A stretch of DNA of 64,000 bases, from sequence record MK514281.1; one strand, written 5' to 3'. Within the stretch, counting starts at the first letter, position 1; the number at the start of each line of letters is the position of its first letter. Below, in pieces: positions 8,926-17,800 of the stretch. Made by a program: the position numbers and the translations under genes. Under the pieces are notes generated by a model. That model saw nothing but the letters and a program-made list of their open reading frames with translations. It was not told the origin of the DNA and made no database searches.

Positions 8926-10032
8926 ATGGTACGGATTATTCAGACAGGCGATATTCACCTCTGTCATAAGCGCACCCCAACGGCGAACATTATCCGTACA
9001 CTGAACTATATCTTTTATGAAAACGAATCCTTGGCTGAAACTGACCTTATCATCCTTGCCGGGGATGTCTGGGATACTTTGGTAACCATGCCTAATGACG
9101 ATGCATTATTAGCTCGTCAATGGATTCGTAAGTTTGTCGAAGATTGCGCATACCACAATGTGATCTTAGATGTGTTAGAAGGCACTCCTGATCATGATTG
9201 GGAGCAGTCTTCTGAATTCACCCTCTTTGAAACCAATTGTGAAGTGCGCTACATCAAAACCCTGCAGATTGTCCGTCATGAGCACTTGGATTTAAATATC
9301 CTTTATGTGCCCGATGAATGGCGCCCAACCATCGAAGCGATCTGGGAAGATGTGTGTGTGGCGATGACTGGAGCTGGACTGGATAAGGTGGATGTCGCAG
9401 TGGTGCACGGGGGATTTGATTTTAACTTCCCGCCGGAGTACAACATCAAAGGCCACAGCGCTGAGCGCTTTAGTAGCATTGTCAAACATGCGGTGTTTGC
9501 TAACCACATCCACAAAGCCCAAAGCTTTATGAAAGTGCACGGTCCAGGTTCACCGGATCGATTAGCACAGGGTGAGGAAGGGGACAAAGGTTACCATCGG
9601 GTGGTGATTGATCAGAAGACCGATCAGATGCGCATCCAGTGGATTAAGAACCCACATGCCTGGACCCATATCGCACTCAACGTTGCGGGTATGTCAGTTG
9701 AGGAGATCGTCGCCAAAGCCAAAGCGATCGCAGCACCACTAAGAGCCGGCAGTTATCTGCGTTTTGATAACGGTGATCCCTTAGTGGTGAAAGCGGTACT
9801 GTGGGCATTGAAAGCAGAAATCCCGCATGTGATATTGGAATACAAAAACAAGAAGCAAGCAGGGATCACGCAAACGCACCAAACTTATGCCAAGAAGTTT
9901 TCTGGCACCCACATTAACCGCAACAATGCCAAAGAGTCGATCGTCGGCTGGTTGCAGGGTAAAGGGTTAACGGACGACTCACAGGGTCAGTATTTAAGCG
10001 ATATCTTACAGCGCGCCATGGCGCTGAAGTAG
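8926..10032 (+). CDS. sbcD: SbcD/Mre11-like metallophosphoesterase nuclease
   Basis: Motifs GDIH, AGDVWD, GTPDHD, VHG, NHIH. The ATG at 8926 is preferred to the track start at 8878. Confidence 0.85.
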   Translation: MVRIIQTGDIHLCHKRTPTANIIRTLNYIFYENESLAETDLIILAGDVWDTLVTMPNDDALLARQWIRKFVEDCAYHNVILDVLEGTPDHDWEQSSEFTLFETNCEVRYIKTLQIVRHEHLDLNILYVPDEWRPTIEAIWEDVCVAMTGAGLDKVDVAVVHGGFDFNFPPEYNIKGHSAERFSSIVKHAVFANHIHKAQSFMKVHGPGSPDRLAQGEEGDKGYHRVVIDQKTDQMRIQWIKNPHAWTHIALNVAGMSVEEIVAKAKAIAAPLRAGSYLRFDNGDPLVVKAVLWALKAEIPHVILEYKNKKQAGITQTHQTYAKKFSGTHINRNNAKESIVGWLQGKGLTDDSQGQYLSDILQRAMALK

Positions 10033-10042
10033 TGAGGGTGTT

Positions 10043-10843
10043 ATGGCTGACAGGACCATGGGGATCTTGCCGATGTCAGTCGGCACCTCCCTTTCATTTG
10101 AAGCATTAATGGCAAAACCCATTGAACCGATTGAAACCTTGGTGTTGAACATCGGGACCATCTTTCGTAATGTCTATCAGGCGTATGATACCGATGACCG
10201 CGATCGCTTAGGGATTGATAAGTTGCATGACGATGTGATTGCAGACATGTCAGCGATTTATGACATCTTAAAAGATATCGGGAAAGCGGGGGTGCCAGAT
10301 TACAAACTGTATCACGGGCGTTATGAACGGTTAGCTTCCGCCTTTCCACTGGCGAAGATCTGGGAGCCTTCTTCGGATATTCAGAAGACGTACGCACGAC
10401 TTGAACGCAACGTCCTGGAGAAGGTGATCAAGACAATGCGGGGGTTAGTGCAAGAGGTGGATCACACCTTACCGATTTCCGTAAAGAATACCTATGTGAT
10501 GACCCATCACATCGTAGACCTGGTTGTGCCGGCTGGTTACGGTGAGATTACGTTGGTGGAATCCCATACAGGCGCCTTGAAGAAGAAACCGTTATGGCAC
10601 ACCAAACTCACCAACGGGCGTTCGCTTGAACGTATTCCGTTTAACCGACTGACCTTGCAGGTGTTCGGTGATAATTCTGTGAACTTCAAAGCCAACAGCT
10701 TTAAATACAAAGCGGCACTGATGAAGCTTGCAGAGGAGAACAAGTGGACACCCATGGCAACCCGTGATCGTATCAAGCTTGGCATTGAAACGTTAAAGGA
10801 CGCGCAGCTGAAAGCGGACTTGTCAAAAATGCTCAGTGTATAA
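10043..10843 (+). CDS. Probable conserved chimallivirus protein
   Basis: GAGG SD; lies between the SbcD-like and ChmC-like genes. Confidence 0.7.
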   Translation: MADRTMGILPMSVGTSLSFEALMAKPIEPIETLVLNIGTIFRNVYQAYDTDDRDRLGIDKLHDDVIADMSAIYDILKDIGKAGVPDYKLYHGRYERLASAFPLAKIWEPSSDIQKTYARLERNVLEKVIKTMRGLVQEVDHTLPISVKNTYVMTHHIVDLVVPAGYGEITLVESHTGALKKKPLWHTKLTNGRSLERIPFNRLTLQVFGDNSVNFKANSFKYKAALMKLAEENKWTPMATRDRIKLGIETLKDAQLKADLSKMLSV

Positions 10844-10906
10844 ATCAACATAACTGCTCTAACTTTATAGAGCAGTATAACTAATTAGTCCTAAAAGGAG
10901 CAACAC

Positions 10907-11677
10907 ATGGCTGGTCCACAGCGTCAATTTAAAGCTCGTGAAAAATCTTACTTGAGCGAGTACTCGATGAACCTTCAGGGCCCGGTGCAAGCTGGCGCTC
11001 AGTTCCCTGCTGAATTCCGCATGGCCTTTGCAGCCAACAAAGTGGCCATTCAGGTTGAAACCAAAAACCGCGATAACAAAAATAACGGTCGCTTTGAAAT
11101 CGTTGTTCCTTATCTGGGCGCTATCGGTGTGCTGAATACGATCGACAAGCTTATTCAGGACAAAGCACGCAGTAAGCTGCAATACAAAGTGAAAGACTTC
11201 GTTTACTTCGGTAAAGGTAACAAGTCTGACTCGCCAATGATCAAAGGCACCCTGACTGTAGGGCGTGATAACGAAGGCTGTCTCTATATCGGCATGTCCG
11301 GTAAAGACATCACCCCAATCAAATTCATCTTCACCCTGCCGGCGCATGATGAACTGTGCGATGACTCAGGTCAACGTCTGGGTGAAGCTGAGCACTCTGA
11401 GTTTGCTGCGAAGAACTTCGTGGTCGGTTACCTGGGCCTGCTGCCAGTGGTGATGGGTATTCACTATACCCCACCTGAACCGAAGAACCCAGATGGCGGT
11501 AATGGCGGTGGCGGTGGTCAAGGCGGTGGCGGCTGGGGCGGTAATGGCGGCGGGAACCGTGGCGGTGGTAATGGCGGGGGAAACCAGTACAGCCAAGGCG
11601 GCAATCAGGGCGGCGGGAACGCCTCTGGTTCTGGTAGCAGCGGCGGCGGTGACTTCGCAGATGACCTGCCTTTCTAA
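10907..11677 (+). CDS. chmC: ChmC-like nucleus-associated nucleic-acid-binding protein with Gly/Asn-rich disordered tail
   Basis: Folded N-terminal domain plus G/N-rich IDR, upstream of the gp68-like gene, matching the recalled ChmC architecture and synteny; ends DDLPF. Confidence 0.6.
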   Translation: MAGPQRQFKAREKSYLSEYSMNLQGPVQAGAQFPAEFRMAFAANKVAIQVETKNRDNKNNGRFEIVVPYLGAIGVLNTIDKLIQDKARSKLQYKVKDFVYFGKGNKSDSPMIKGTLTVGRDNEGCLYIGMSGKDITPIKFIFTLPAHDELCDDSGQRLGEAEHSEFAAKNFVVGYLGLLPVVMGIHYTPPEPKNPDGGNGGGGGQGGGGWGGNGGGNRGGGNGGGNQYSQGGNQGGGNASGSGSSGGGDFADDLPF

Positions 11678-11729
11678 ATAGACAGGACGATGAATTCAGC
11701 ATAAGTCATTGTCTGGGTTCATCCACAAC

Positions 11730-11760
11730 AGAGGAGGGTGAAAACCCTCCTCTTGTGCCG
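11730..11760 (+). terminator. Hairpin + TTGTGCCG
   Basis: AGAGGAGGG-TGAAAA-CCCTCCTCT-TGTGCCG. Confidence 0.6.
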
Positions 11761-11880
11761 TCCACGGACTGGGCTATAGCTCACGCTTACTCCCCAGGGT
11801 ATGGGCGATTCAAACGCCGACATTTCAGGAAGAATACGCGCAAGCGACCCCCACGGCCATGTAAGAATAAAAGTAAGTTG

Positions 11881-12078
11881 ATGAAGGTGGCTCAGAGTAA
11901 GTTGGGTTATGCGATCATGACAGGCAGGGTAATCAGGCAGGCAGTATGTGATGAGTGTGAGGCGGATGAACGTATCGAGCCTTTGCAAGTCAATTATGCT
12001 AAGCCGTATATCGTGCTGTGGCTTTGTCCACGTTGTCATGCTGACTGGTACCTGACAAATGAGCCGGCGTACAGCTGA
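11881..12078 (+). CDS. Degenerate HNH-like zinc-finger protein (start uncertain; track start 11755)
   Basis: CDEC...WLCPRCH Zn ligands retained; the usual AHH-x-DY segment reads PLQVNY. Confidence 0.5.
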   Translation: MKVAQSKLGYAIMTGRVIRQAVCDECEADERIEPLQVNYAKPYIVLWLCPRCHADWYLTNEPAYS

Positions 12079-12100
12079 GGGTTTCGGCCCTCCTTTATGA
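12077..12100 (+). terminator. Short hairpin + TTTATGA
   Basis: GAGGG-TTTCGG-CCCTC-CTTTATGA. Confidence 0.5.
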
Positions 12101-12109
12101 TACCAAGAG

Positions 12110-12508
12110 GTGACAATGTTTGAAGAACCGACACATGTTCGTTATGCATTGGTAACCCGCCCTCAACACGATGAGAAGGTAACACTGACACCCTGTGATA
12201 ATCTGATCGAAGCGGTACACAAACAAGACCGTTACGATTCGATTGTTTCCGTGGTGATCTGTGATGACTTCAAAGCGCAGGCGGTGGATGTCCGGTTACA
12301 CTTTATCACGGGTCCGGATGACTCGGCGTACCGTGCAAAGGAAATGTTACTGGCTTCTTTTATACGCCAGAACAATGGCTGGATTCCCCGTCATGTTACG
12401 GGTTGTATGATAGACGCTTTTGATGACGAGACCCTTACCTTCATCCAAAGCCTCCTATCTTTCTTTGATTCACACAGAACCAATTTTGCTCGTTCGCTTG
12501 CTTCGTAA
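12110..12508 (+). CDS. Hypothetical protein
   Basis: GAGG SD; 132 aa. Confidence 0.65.
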   Translation: MTMFEEPTHVRYALVTRPQHDEKVTLTPCDNLIEAVHKQDRYDSIVSVVICDDFKAQAVDVRLHFITGPDDSAYRAKEMLLASFIRQNNGWIPRHVTGCMIDAFDDETLTFIQSLLSFFDSHRTNFARSLAS

Positions 12509-12516
12509 TTTTTATT

Positions 12517-12552
12517 GCTGGATGCGGTAAACCCGCTCCAGCCCTTATGCCG
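12517..12552 (+). terminator. Hairpin + TTATGCCG
   Basis: GCTGGATGCGG-TAAAC-CCGCTCCAGC then CC-TTATGCCG. Confidence 0.6.
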
Positions 12553-12613
12553 CCTGTAATATCGTACATTATTCTACTATCTATTAGAGGAACAAATAAT
12601 CTTAAATATTTAC

Positions 12614-12627
12614 AAGCCTACATTATC
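12614..12627 (+). promoter_or_regulatory. Putative promoter AARCCTAYATTAT
   Basis: AAGCCTACATTATC; matches 17755 and 37556. Confidence 0.5.
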
Positions 12628-12685
12628 AACATGTCATAGCAGTATGTGATTTAACCTACCGTGTGATCACCGGGAGCAGCCACCA

Positions 12686-14230
12686 ATGATGTTTAAGTAC
12701 ACCACCAAATCGACCTCTGAGAAGGTATGGTTAAACACAATCATAGTTGTCAGTCGTCATGGCGAAGAGATTGTGTTTAACGAAAACAACTTCTTCAAGT
12801 CGGAAGAGAAGGACCACAAAGGAACCTTCGACGAACTGAATCTCTATCTCTTGCGTTGCCTGAGTAACGAGCAACGTGACCGGATGTTTGAGTTCTATAA
12901 GCAAATCAGCTATATCCTGAAAACGGAACTGTCGGTCACGAAGGTCCTTCTGCCAAAGTTGCAGCCTTTGGTTAAAGGGATCTACGACCTGGTTAGCTTA
13001 AGCGACCTGAACGTCTTCATGTATGAAAACAAACTGACGCACATCCCGAACAGCGTACTGGATACCATCCCGTCCTCGAAAGAGTACCCGACGATGACCA
13101 CGTATGTGAAAGCGGATTACGTTAAGCTGGTTAACCTGTCGGTATTGTTGCATCTGATGGCGCCGATCATTGCGGACTATGTCAGCAAGGTCAGTGAGTC
13201 AACCGGCAAGCAGTTTAAAGAACACGCCGCCTTACCGTTACTGGAATACACCAACATCATGTATTCTGATGAGATGGTCAAGCTGCGTAACTTCGTGACC
13301 GCCAACTGCAGTAAAAAGCCAGTGCCGTTATCAGCCACCTTAGAAGGGATGTCAGAAGAGTCGTTCCCGGATTGGATGCTGGCTTCGGTCATTGCACGTA
13401 AGCTGTGTATCAACCATGTACGGCGTGGGGATGAAAACGGACACCTGGTTGCTGCGGTGTTTGCGTACATCAACTACAACATCAAACTGGATGGTAAGTT
13501 TGGTGGTGGGGTCATGCCAAAGAAAGAGCGTCGGGGTCTGGGAGAAGATGAGCGCGAGAAAGCGGTCATTGATAACTGGAAGATGAAAGAGGATGTGGAC
13601 AAGATCGATATCTTAGCCTGTGCTGTTGGCTTTGATGATCCGGTTGCCGCGGCCAAGTTCATTGAGCCTGACATCGATCCAAACATGGTGATCCGTTGCC
13701 TGAATGCGATTCCACAAGCCTGGAACTTCAGCATGACTCGTCATCAGAGCATTCTGTTGCAGTGGGTAGTGGGTGAGCTTCTGCCGCATATCGGTGATAC
13801 GTATGTGCCGCCGTTGACCGTTGAGTATTACGATTACGATGTCTGCGTGAAGTTGGTCGGGATTGCACAAGCGGTACTGTGGCATCGGGGTTATCCGAAG
13901 CTTGCAGTGTTTGCTGCGACTTATCCGTCTGAAGTGGATGCCGGCGGGATGCCGAATGCCGTGATGCCATTAGAACTGAAAGTGATGGCAGAGCTGGAAG
14001 CGTATTACGGTAATGTGCGTCTGGGTAAACGTCAGGACAGCAGCGATGGCTTGGTGCATAAAACCATCAACACCATGGTTACCTCATTGTTAGAAGATGA
14101 TTATCAGGTCGTAGGCCCTGATGAATTGTTAGCGTTATCTGGGGTGGTAGATTTCGAACGTCGAATCGTCATTCCTGAAAGCCTATATTACGATATTGCT
14201 GGCTACATTCGTTTCTTAGCCACTCGTTAA
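12686..14230 (+). CDS. nvRNAP promoter-specificity (sigma-like) subunit, phiKZ gp68-like
   Basis: About 510 aa at the gp68 position, before the PicA-like, gp70-like and nvRNAP beta/beta' genes; assigned by synteny. Confidence 0.65.
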   Translation: MMFKYTTKSTSEKVWLNTIIVVSRHGEEIVFNENNFFKSEEKDHKGTFDELNLYLLRCLSNEQRDRMFEFYKQISYILKTELSVTKVLLPKLQPLVKGIYDLVSLSDLNVFMYENKLTHIPNSVLDTIPSSKEYPTMTTYVKADYVKLVNLSVLLHLMAPIIADYVSKVSESTGKQFKEHAALPLLEYTNIMYSDEMVKLRNFVTANCSKKPVPLSATLEGMSEESFPDWMLASVIARKLCINHVRRGDENGHLVAAVFAYINYNIKLDGKFGGGVMPKKERRGLGEDEREKAVIDNWKMKEDVDKIDILACAVGFDDPVAAAKFIEPDIDPNMVIRCLNAIPQAWNFSMTRHQSILLQWVVGELLPHIGDTYVPPLTVEYYDYDVCVKLVGIAQAVLWHRGYPKLAVFAATYPSEVDAGGMPNAVMPLELKVMAELEAYYGNVRLGKRQDSSDGLVHKTINTMVTSLLEDDYQVVGPDELLALSGVVDFERRIVIPESLYYDIAGYIRFLATR

Positions 14231-14265
14231 CTTAATTTAATCTACACCGTTAGGAGTCACCCAAG

Positions 14266-15783
14266 ATGTTACCTACCCAAAACATTCAGTTCGAAGGCTA
14301 TGTTGAGAAAGCTGCTATCTGCCGTACACCAGCTTATCAGGACATGTACCGTCGACCGTACAGCATGAATATCAGTCAGGACACCGCATCCGTTATTGGT
14401 AACATGAGTGCCGGTGTGGATTATTCTCGTGAGCGTTTAGCGCCGATTGCCGCATCGGTCATTGCGCCACAGACTTACGTTGAATCGGTTTGTAACGTAC
14501 CAGAGGGCTGGGGTTCTGAGCGTTGTCTCTTCATTCTGAAGATCGTTCACGGTCGTCCGGGTGACCAGGGTCTGAACAAACGTGTGCAGTATCTGACCGG
14601 CTACACCAGTCACATGGGCATGATGCCAAGTCAGATGCGTGCGAATGATGTTGTTGTTGATGACAACATGCGTCTGTTCTTTAACACCAGTATGCTGTTT
14701 AACGAAACCAGCCATATCGATGGTTATGGTCGTAAGCTCGTCACCGCCATGCCGTTGATGGCAAGTCAGTTGGTAATGGGTCAGCACGGTGGGGTGCATG
14801 GTCATAACGATCGTACGTTGCGTCCTGAAGATGTTTACTCAGCAATCAATGTTGGACAGCTGATTCAGCAGAACAACCAGTATGATCAAAGCCGTGGTAC
14901 CAATGGTCCGATTGGTCAGCTGTATGATGGTCGTACTGCTTTCCAACCTGGTCAACCGTATAAGCTTTCTCAGCTGAATAACCTGGTGCCTTCAAACTAC
15001 CTCAGTAAAGTGCTGACCGGTGCAGCCACCGAACAGCTGACCTTAGGTGGTCAACGTGCAAACCCAGCGGATACCAGCAATCAGATCGCAACTGGCCTGA
15101 ACGAAGGTTATCTGTCTAACGACCTGACCCTGCAGCACATCCTGGATCGCACCGGTCTGCGTGAAAACTGCTCAATCACATTTGGTGAATTGCGTCGTAT
15201 TCTGCCGAACATTGATGCACCGGGTATTTTGACCAAAGCGGGTATGGAAGGTGTCGGTACTGGTCAGGTTGCCGGTGCAGTAGGTGGTGCTGGTTCTGAA
15301 CATCATCAGGGTTCGAACTATGAAACCGTGATTGCCAACATGCTGAACAATGTGACCACTGCACTGATGATGGATCTGATGATCGGTGAGATTCATTGTA
15401 ATGGCGGTAACATGACCGTAGCCGATGTGGCGACTGGTACAATGAGCGGTCAGTTCCTGTTGAACACGCCGTACGCAACTTCCTTCGTGGATGGTCGTGA
15501 TGCGGTGGCGTTGTGTGAATCGTTTAAGCTGCGTCTGGTGCGTGAGTTCCTGTCAAGCTTTACCGGCCACAACCACGTGCCAATCGGTTTTGCAATCCAT
15601 GCAAGTCTGATGGCCGAAACGGTTATTGATGTCTCTTACAATAACCAACCGAAGATTCGCTTCGTGTTCCCGGTCTTTGCGAACGCGTCGTATACCCCGA
15701 TTATCACTGGCGATCAGAACACTCTGAACTCCATTGCCGTACACACACGTGAACTGGTCCAGCAGCTGACCAACGTCTTTTAA
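14266..15783 (+). CDS. picA: PicA/Imp1-like phage-nucleus protein import factor (phiKZ gp69-like)
   Basis: 505 aa directly after the gp68-like gene; assigned by synteny only. Confidence 0.55.
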   Translation: MLPTQNIQFEGYVEKAAICRTPAYQDMYRRPYSMNISQDTASVIGNMSAGVDYSRERLAPIAASVIAPQTYVESVCNVPEGWGSERCLFILKIVHGRPGDQGLNKRVQYLTGYTSHMGMMPSQMRANDVVVDDNMRLFFNTSMLFNETSHIDGYGRKLVTAMPLMASQLVMGQHGGVHGHNDRTLRPEDVYSAINVGQLIQQNNQYDQSRGTNGPIGQLYDGRTAFQPGQPYKLSQLNNLVPSNYLSKVLTGAATEQLTLGGQRANPADTSNQIATGLNEGYLSNDLTLQHILDRTGLRENCSITFGELRRILPNIDAPGILTKAGMEGVGTGQVAGAVGGAGSEHHQGSNYETVIANMLNNVTTALMMDLMIGEIHCNGGNMTVADVATGTMSGQFLLNTPYATSFVDGRDAVALCESFKLRLVREFLSSFTGHNHVPIGFAIHASLMAETVIDVSYNNQPKIRFVFPVFANASYTPIITGDQNTLNSIAVHTRELVQQLTNVF

Positions 15784-15797
15784 GGAAAAGATAAACC

Positions 15798-17342
15798 ATG
15801 ACAACTCCACTTATTAACTATTACACGGGCTTCCTGGAATCGACGGGCGCTGTGATTGATCAGTCCACCGGTGTGGTGAGCTATGAACGTTCCACCGGTT
15901 TAAAGCCGGTGTTAATCGATGGCAAAGAGCTGATCCTGCCCATCCGTGCGTTTCAGGATAAGCCGGACTGGACGCGTTATGTGCCATTCCATCCGCTGTC
16001 TGAATCGATTGCTCGTGGTGAATCGGAAGTGCTGCAGAAAGCCAAAGAGCTTATCAGTCTGAAGCTGTTCCTGAAATATGCGGAACTGTCTGAAGCGCTG
16101 CTGATGCTGGCAGTGAACTCTGAATCGCAGGCGAAGCTCACCCCTACCCAGATGAAGTTCCTGGAAGGGCTGGGTGATGCGGATGAGAAAACGGTTGAGA
16201 ACTTCTCAAAGATCCTGGCGAAATCCAAAGCGACCTTTGAAGGTGGTGAGAACCGTTGTCTGGTGTCGTTGTTCCTGAAACGTGGCGGTACACTCAACGG
16301 GCAGAAGTTTGCCCGTCTGTGTGTTGTAGCGTTCCCGTACTACGAAGCGCTGTGTAAGATCGAAAACGAACCTGCGGATAAGCGCGTGGTGTTTGGTGTG
16401 CCATTGCGTGCCAAAGACATCAAAGTGCTGAAGCGTCTGCATGAAGTGATCGTACCGAACAGCGATGACGGGATCTACTCGATCGGGACTAACGTACAGA
16501 CTGCGCCGTACTGGGGTGCATTGATGATGACTTACGTCAACATCCTGAACCAGTTCAACAGCGTAATCAAACCGTTCTCGAAAGTGATCAAATCGCTGAA
16601 GGCGGTTGATACCTCGTGGGATGTGGGCGATGAGTTGCAACAGTTCCGTGCTGAGATTCCACCGATGCCGTATAATGAAGGTGCAGATTCCAGCAAACCA
16701 GCTGAAACAACCCAGCCTCTGCAGACCCAACAGCAGCCTGTTGCGACGCAGCCACAAACCATCCCACAGCCAACCGGTAATCTGGTACAGCAGCCAGCAA
16801 CCATCCAGCAGGCGCCGAGCTTTAACGGTAATCAGAACCAGTCCAGCACAGTCACCCATCCGCCAGCTCACAACGTTAAACCATCTAACGGTGGCGGTGT
16901 GAACTTCGCTGATGCGATGAACAAGTCGGGCATGGGTATGATGCCACAAATGCAGATGCCGGGTATGATGCCGCAGATGTATCCTCAGCAGGGTTACCCA
17001 CAGCAGCAGATGCCAATGTATCCGCAACAGCAAATGTATCCTCAGATGCAGATGCAAATGCCGATGCAGCAGCTTCCAATGCCACCGGTCTCTCAGCCGC
17101 AGGGTCAGCAGCAATTCCCGCAGCAGATGTATTATCAAAATGGTCAGTTGCCAATGCCGCCGGTTAGCCAGCAGCAACAGCAAGGTTACCCACAGCAGGG
17201 CATGTATCCTCAGCAGCAGATGATGCAACCTCAAATGTACCCGCAGATGCAAATGCCTGGCATGATGCCACAAATGCAGATGCCGGGTATGATGCAACAG
17301 GGTTACCCGCAACAGCCACAGATGTTCCAGTTCGGGCGTTAA
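15798..17342 (+). CDS. phiKZ gp70-like protein with Q/M/P-rich low-complexity C-terminus
   Basis: AAGGA SD; folded N-terminal region of about 290 aa, then a disordered linker and a repeat tail. Confidence 0.7.
   Translation: MTTPLINYYTGFLESTGAVIDQSTGVVSYERSTGLKPVLIDGKELILPIRAFQDKPDWTRYVPFHPLSESIARGESEVLQKAKELISLKLFLKYAELSEALLMLAVNSESQAKLTPTQMKFLEGLGDADEKTVENFSKILAKSKATFEGGENRCLVSLFLKRGGTLNGQKFARLCVVAFPYYEALCKIENEPADKRVVFGVPLRAKDIKVLKRLHEVIVPNSDDGIYSIGTNVQTAPYWGALMMTYVNILNQFNSVIKPFSKVIKSLKAVDTSWDVGDELQQFRAEIPPMPYNEGADSSKPAETTQPLQTQQQPVATQPQTIPQPTGNLVQQPATIQQAPSFNGNQNQSSTVTHPPAHNVKPSNGGGVNFADAMNKSGMGMMPQMQMPGMMPQMYPQQGYPQQQMPMYPQQQMYPQMQMQMPMQQLPMPPVSQPQGQQQFPQQMYYQNGQLPMPPVSQQQQQGYPQQGMYPQQQMMQPQMYPQMQMPGMMPQMQMPGMMQQGYPQQPQMFQFGR
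16929..17339 (+). repeat. Coding low-complexity repeats (MPQMQMPGMM, YPQQ, LPMPPVSQ)
   Basis: Read directly in the translation. Confidence 0.85.
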
Positions 17343-17356
17343 TCTATAAATCTGAT

Positions 17357-17402
17357 CGGCATAAGGAGAGGCTACGGCCTCTCCTCTTTCAGAGTCATTT
17401 TT
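17357..17402. terminator. Bidirectional terminator between convergent genes
   Basis: CGGCATA-AGGAGAGGC-TACG-GCCTCTCCT then a T-rich tract. Confidence 0.75.
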
Positions 17403-17730
17403 TATTTGAGTTGTAGAGATCTCTAATAGATGACAGAAGTGAACTGTTTTCATCTATTAGAAGAATGTCCGTTGTAATGACATCCCATTTAAAGGGATTC
17501 ATGATGTTGTTGATTCGCATAGTTAACCAATGCATGTGATAAGGAACGCCGTATTCCAGTAGTAGCATGCGAAAGTCACCACGTTCTTCGTACTGTTCAA
17601 GAGGGGTAGGGGGAGTAAACTTAGTTGCATTCGCCCGAAGCAAATCGAGATGATGCACCAGGACCTGACGAAAGCCGTGATCTTGAAACAGCTTATCGGT
17701 CGGGTGTTTGATTTCGTTGCTGACTCGCAT
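17395..17730 (-). CDS. Small virion protein, possibly T4 gp53-like baseplate wedge
   Basis: HWLTMRINNIMNP resembles the W-x-I/L-x-x-x-N-x-I-x-x-P motif of gp53/LysM-like wedge proteins. Confidence 0.5.
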   Translation of the reverse strand: MRVSNEIKHPTDKLFQDHGFRQVLVHHLDLLRANATKFTPPTPLEQYEERGDFRMLLLEYGVPYHMHWLTMRINNIMNPFKWDVITTDILLIDENSSLLSSIRDLYNSNKK

Positions 17731-17754
17731 ATGCGTAAATACCTATACTTGTTT

Positions 17755-17768
17755 AAGCCTATATTATC
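17755..17768 (+). promoter_or_regulatory. Putative promoter AARCCTAYATTAT
   Basis: AAGCCTATATTATC upstream of the nvRNAP beta gene. Confidence 0.5.
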
Positions 17769-17800
17769 TCTTGGCAGTTAGGTTGATAAAAGGAATCATA

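Noticed and set aside
11496-11660. GGC/GGT-rich repetitive DNA
   Set aside because: Explained by the Gly-rich coding tail of the ChmC-like gene; not a CRISPR array or DNA repeat element.
10907-11677. Classical OB-fold SSB
   Set aside because: Only the DDLPF tip resembles SSB. The body lacks recognisable SSB motifs, and synteny favours ChmC.
16206-17453. 415-aa minus-strand His/Leu-rich ORF
   Set aside because: Antisense shadow of the CAG/ATG-rich repeat tail of the plus-strand gene; no SD and an implausible composition.
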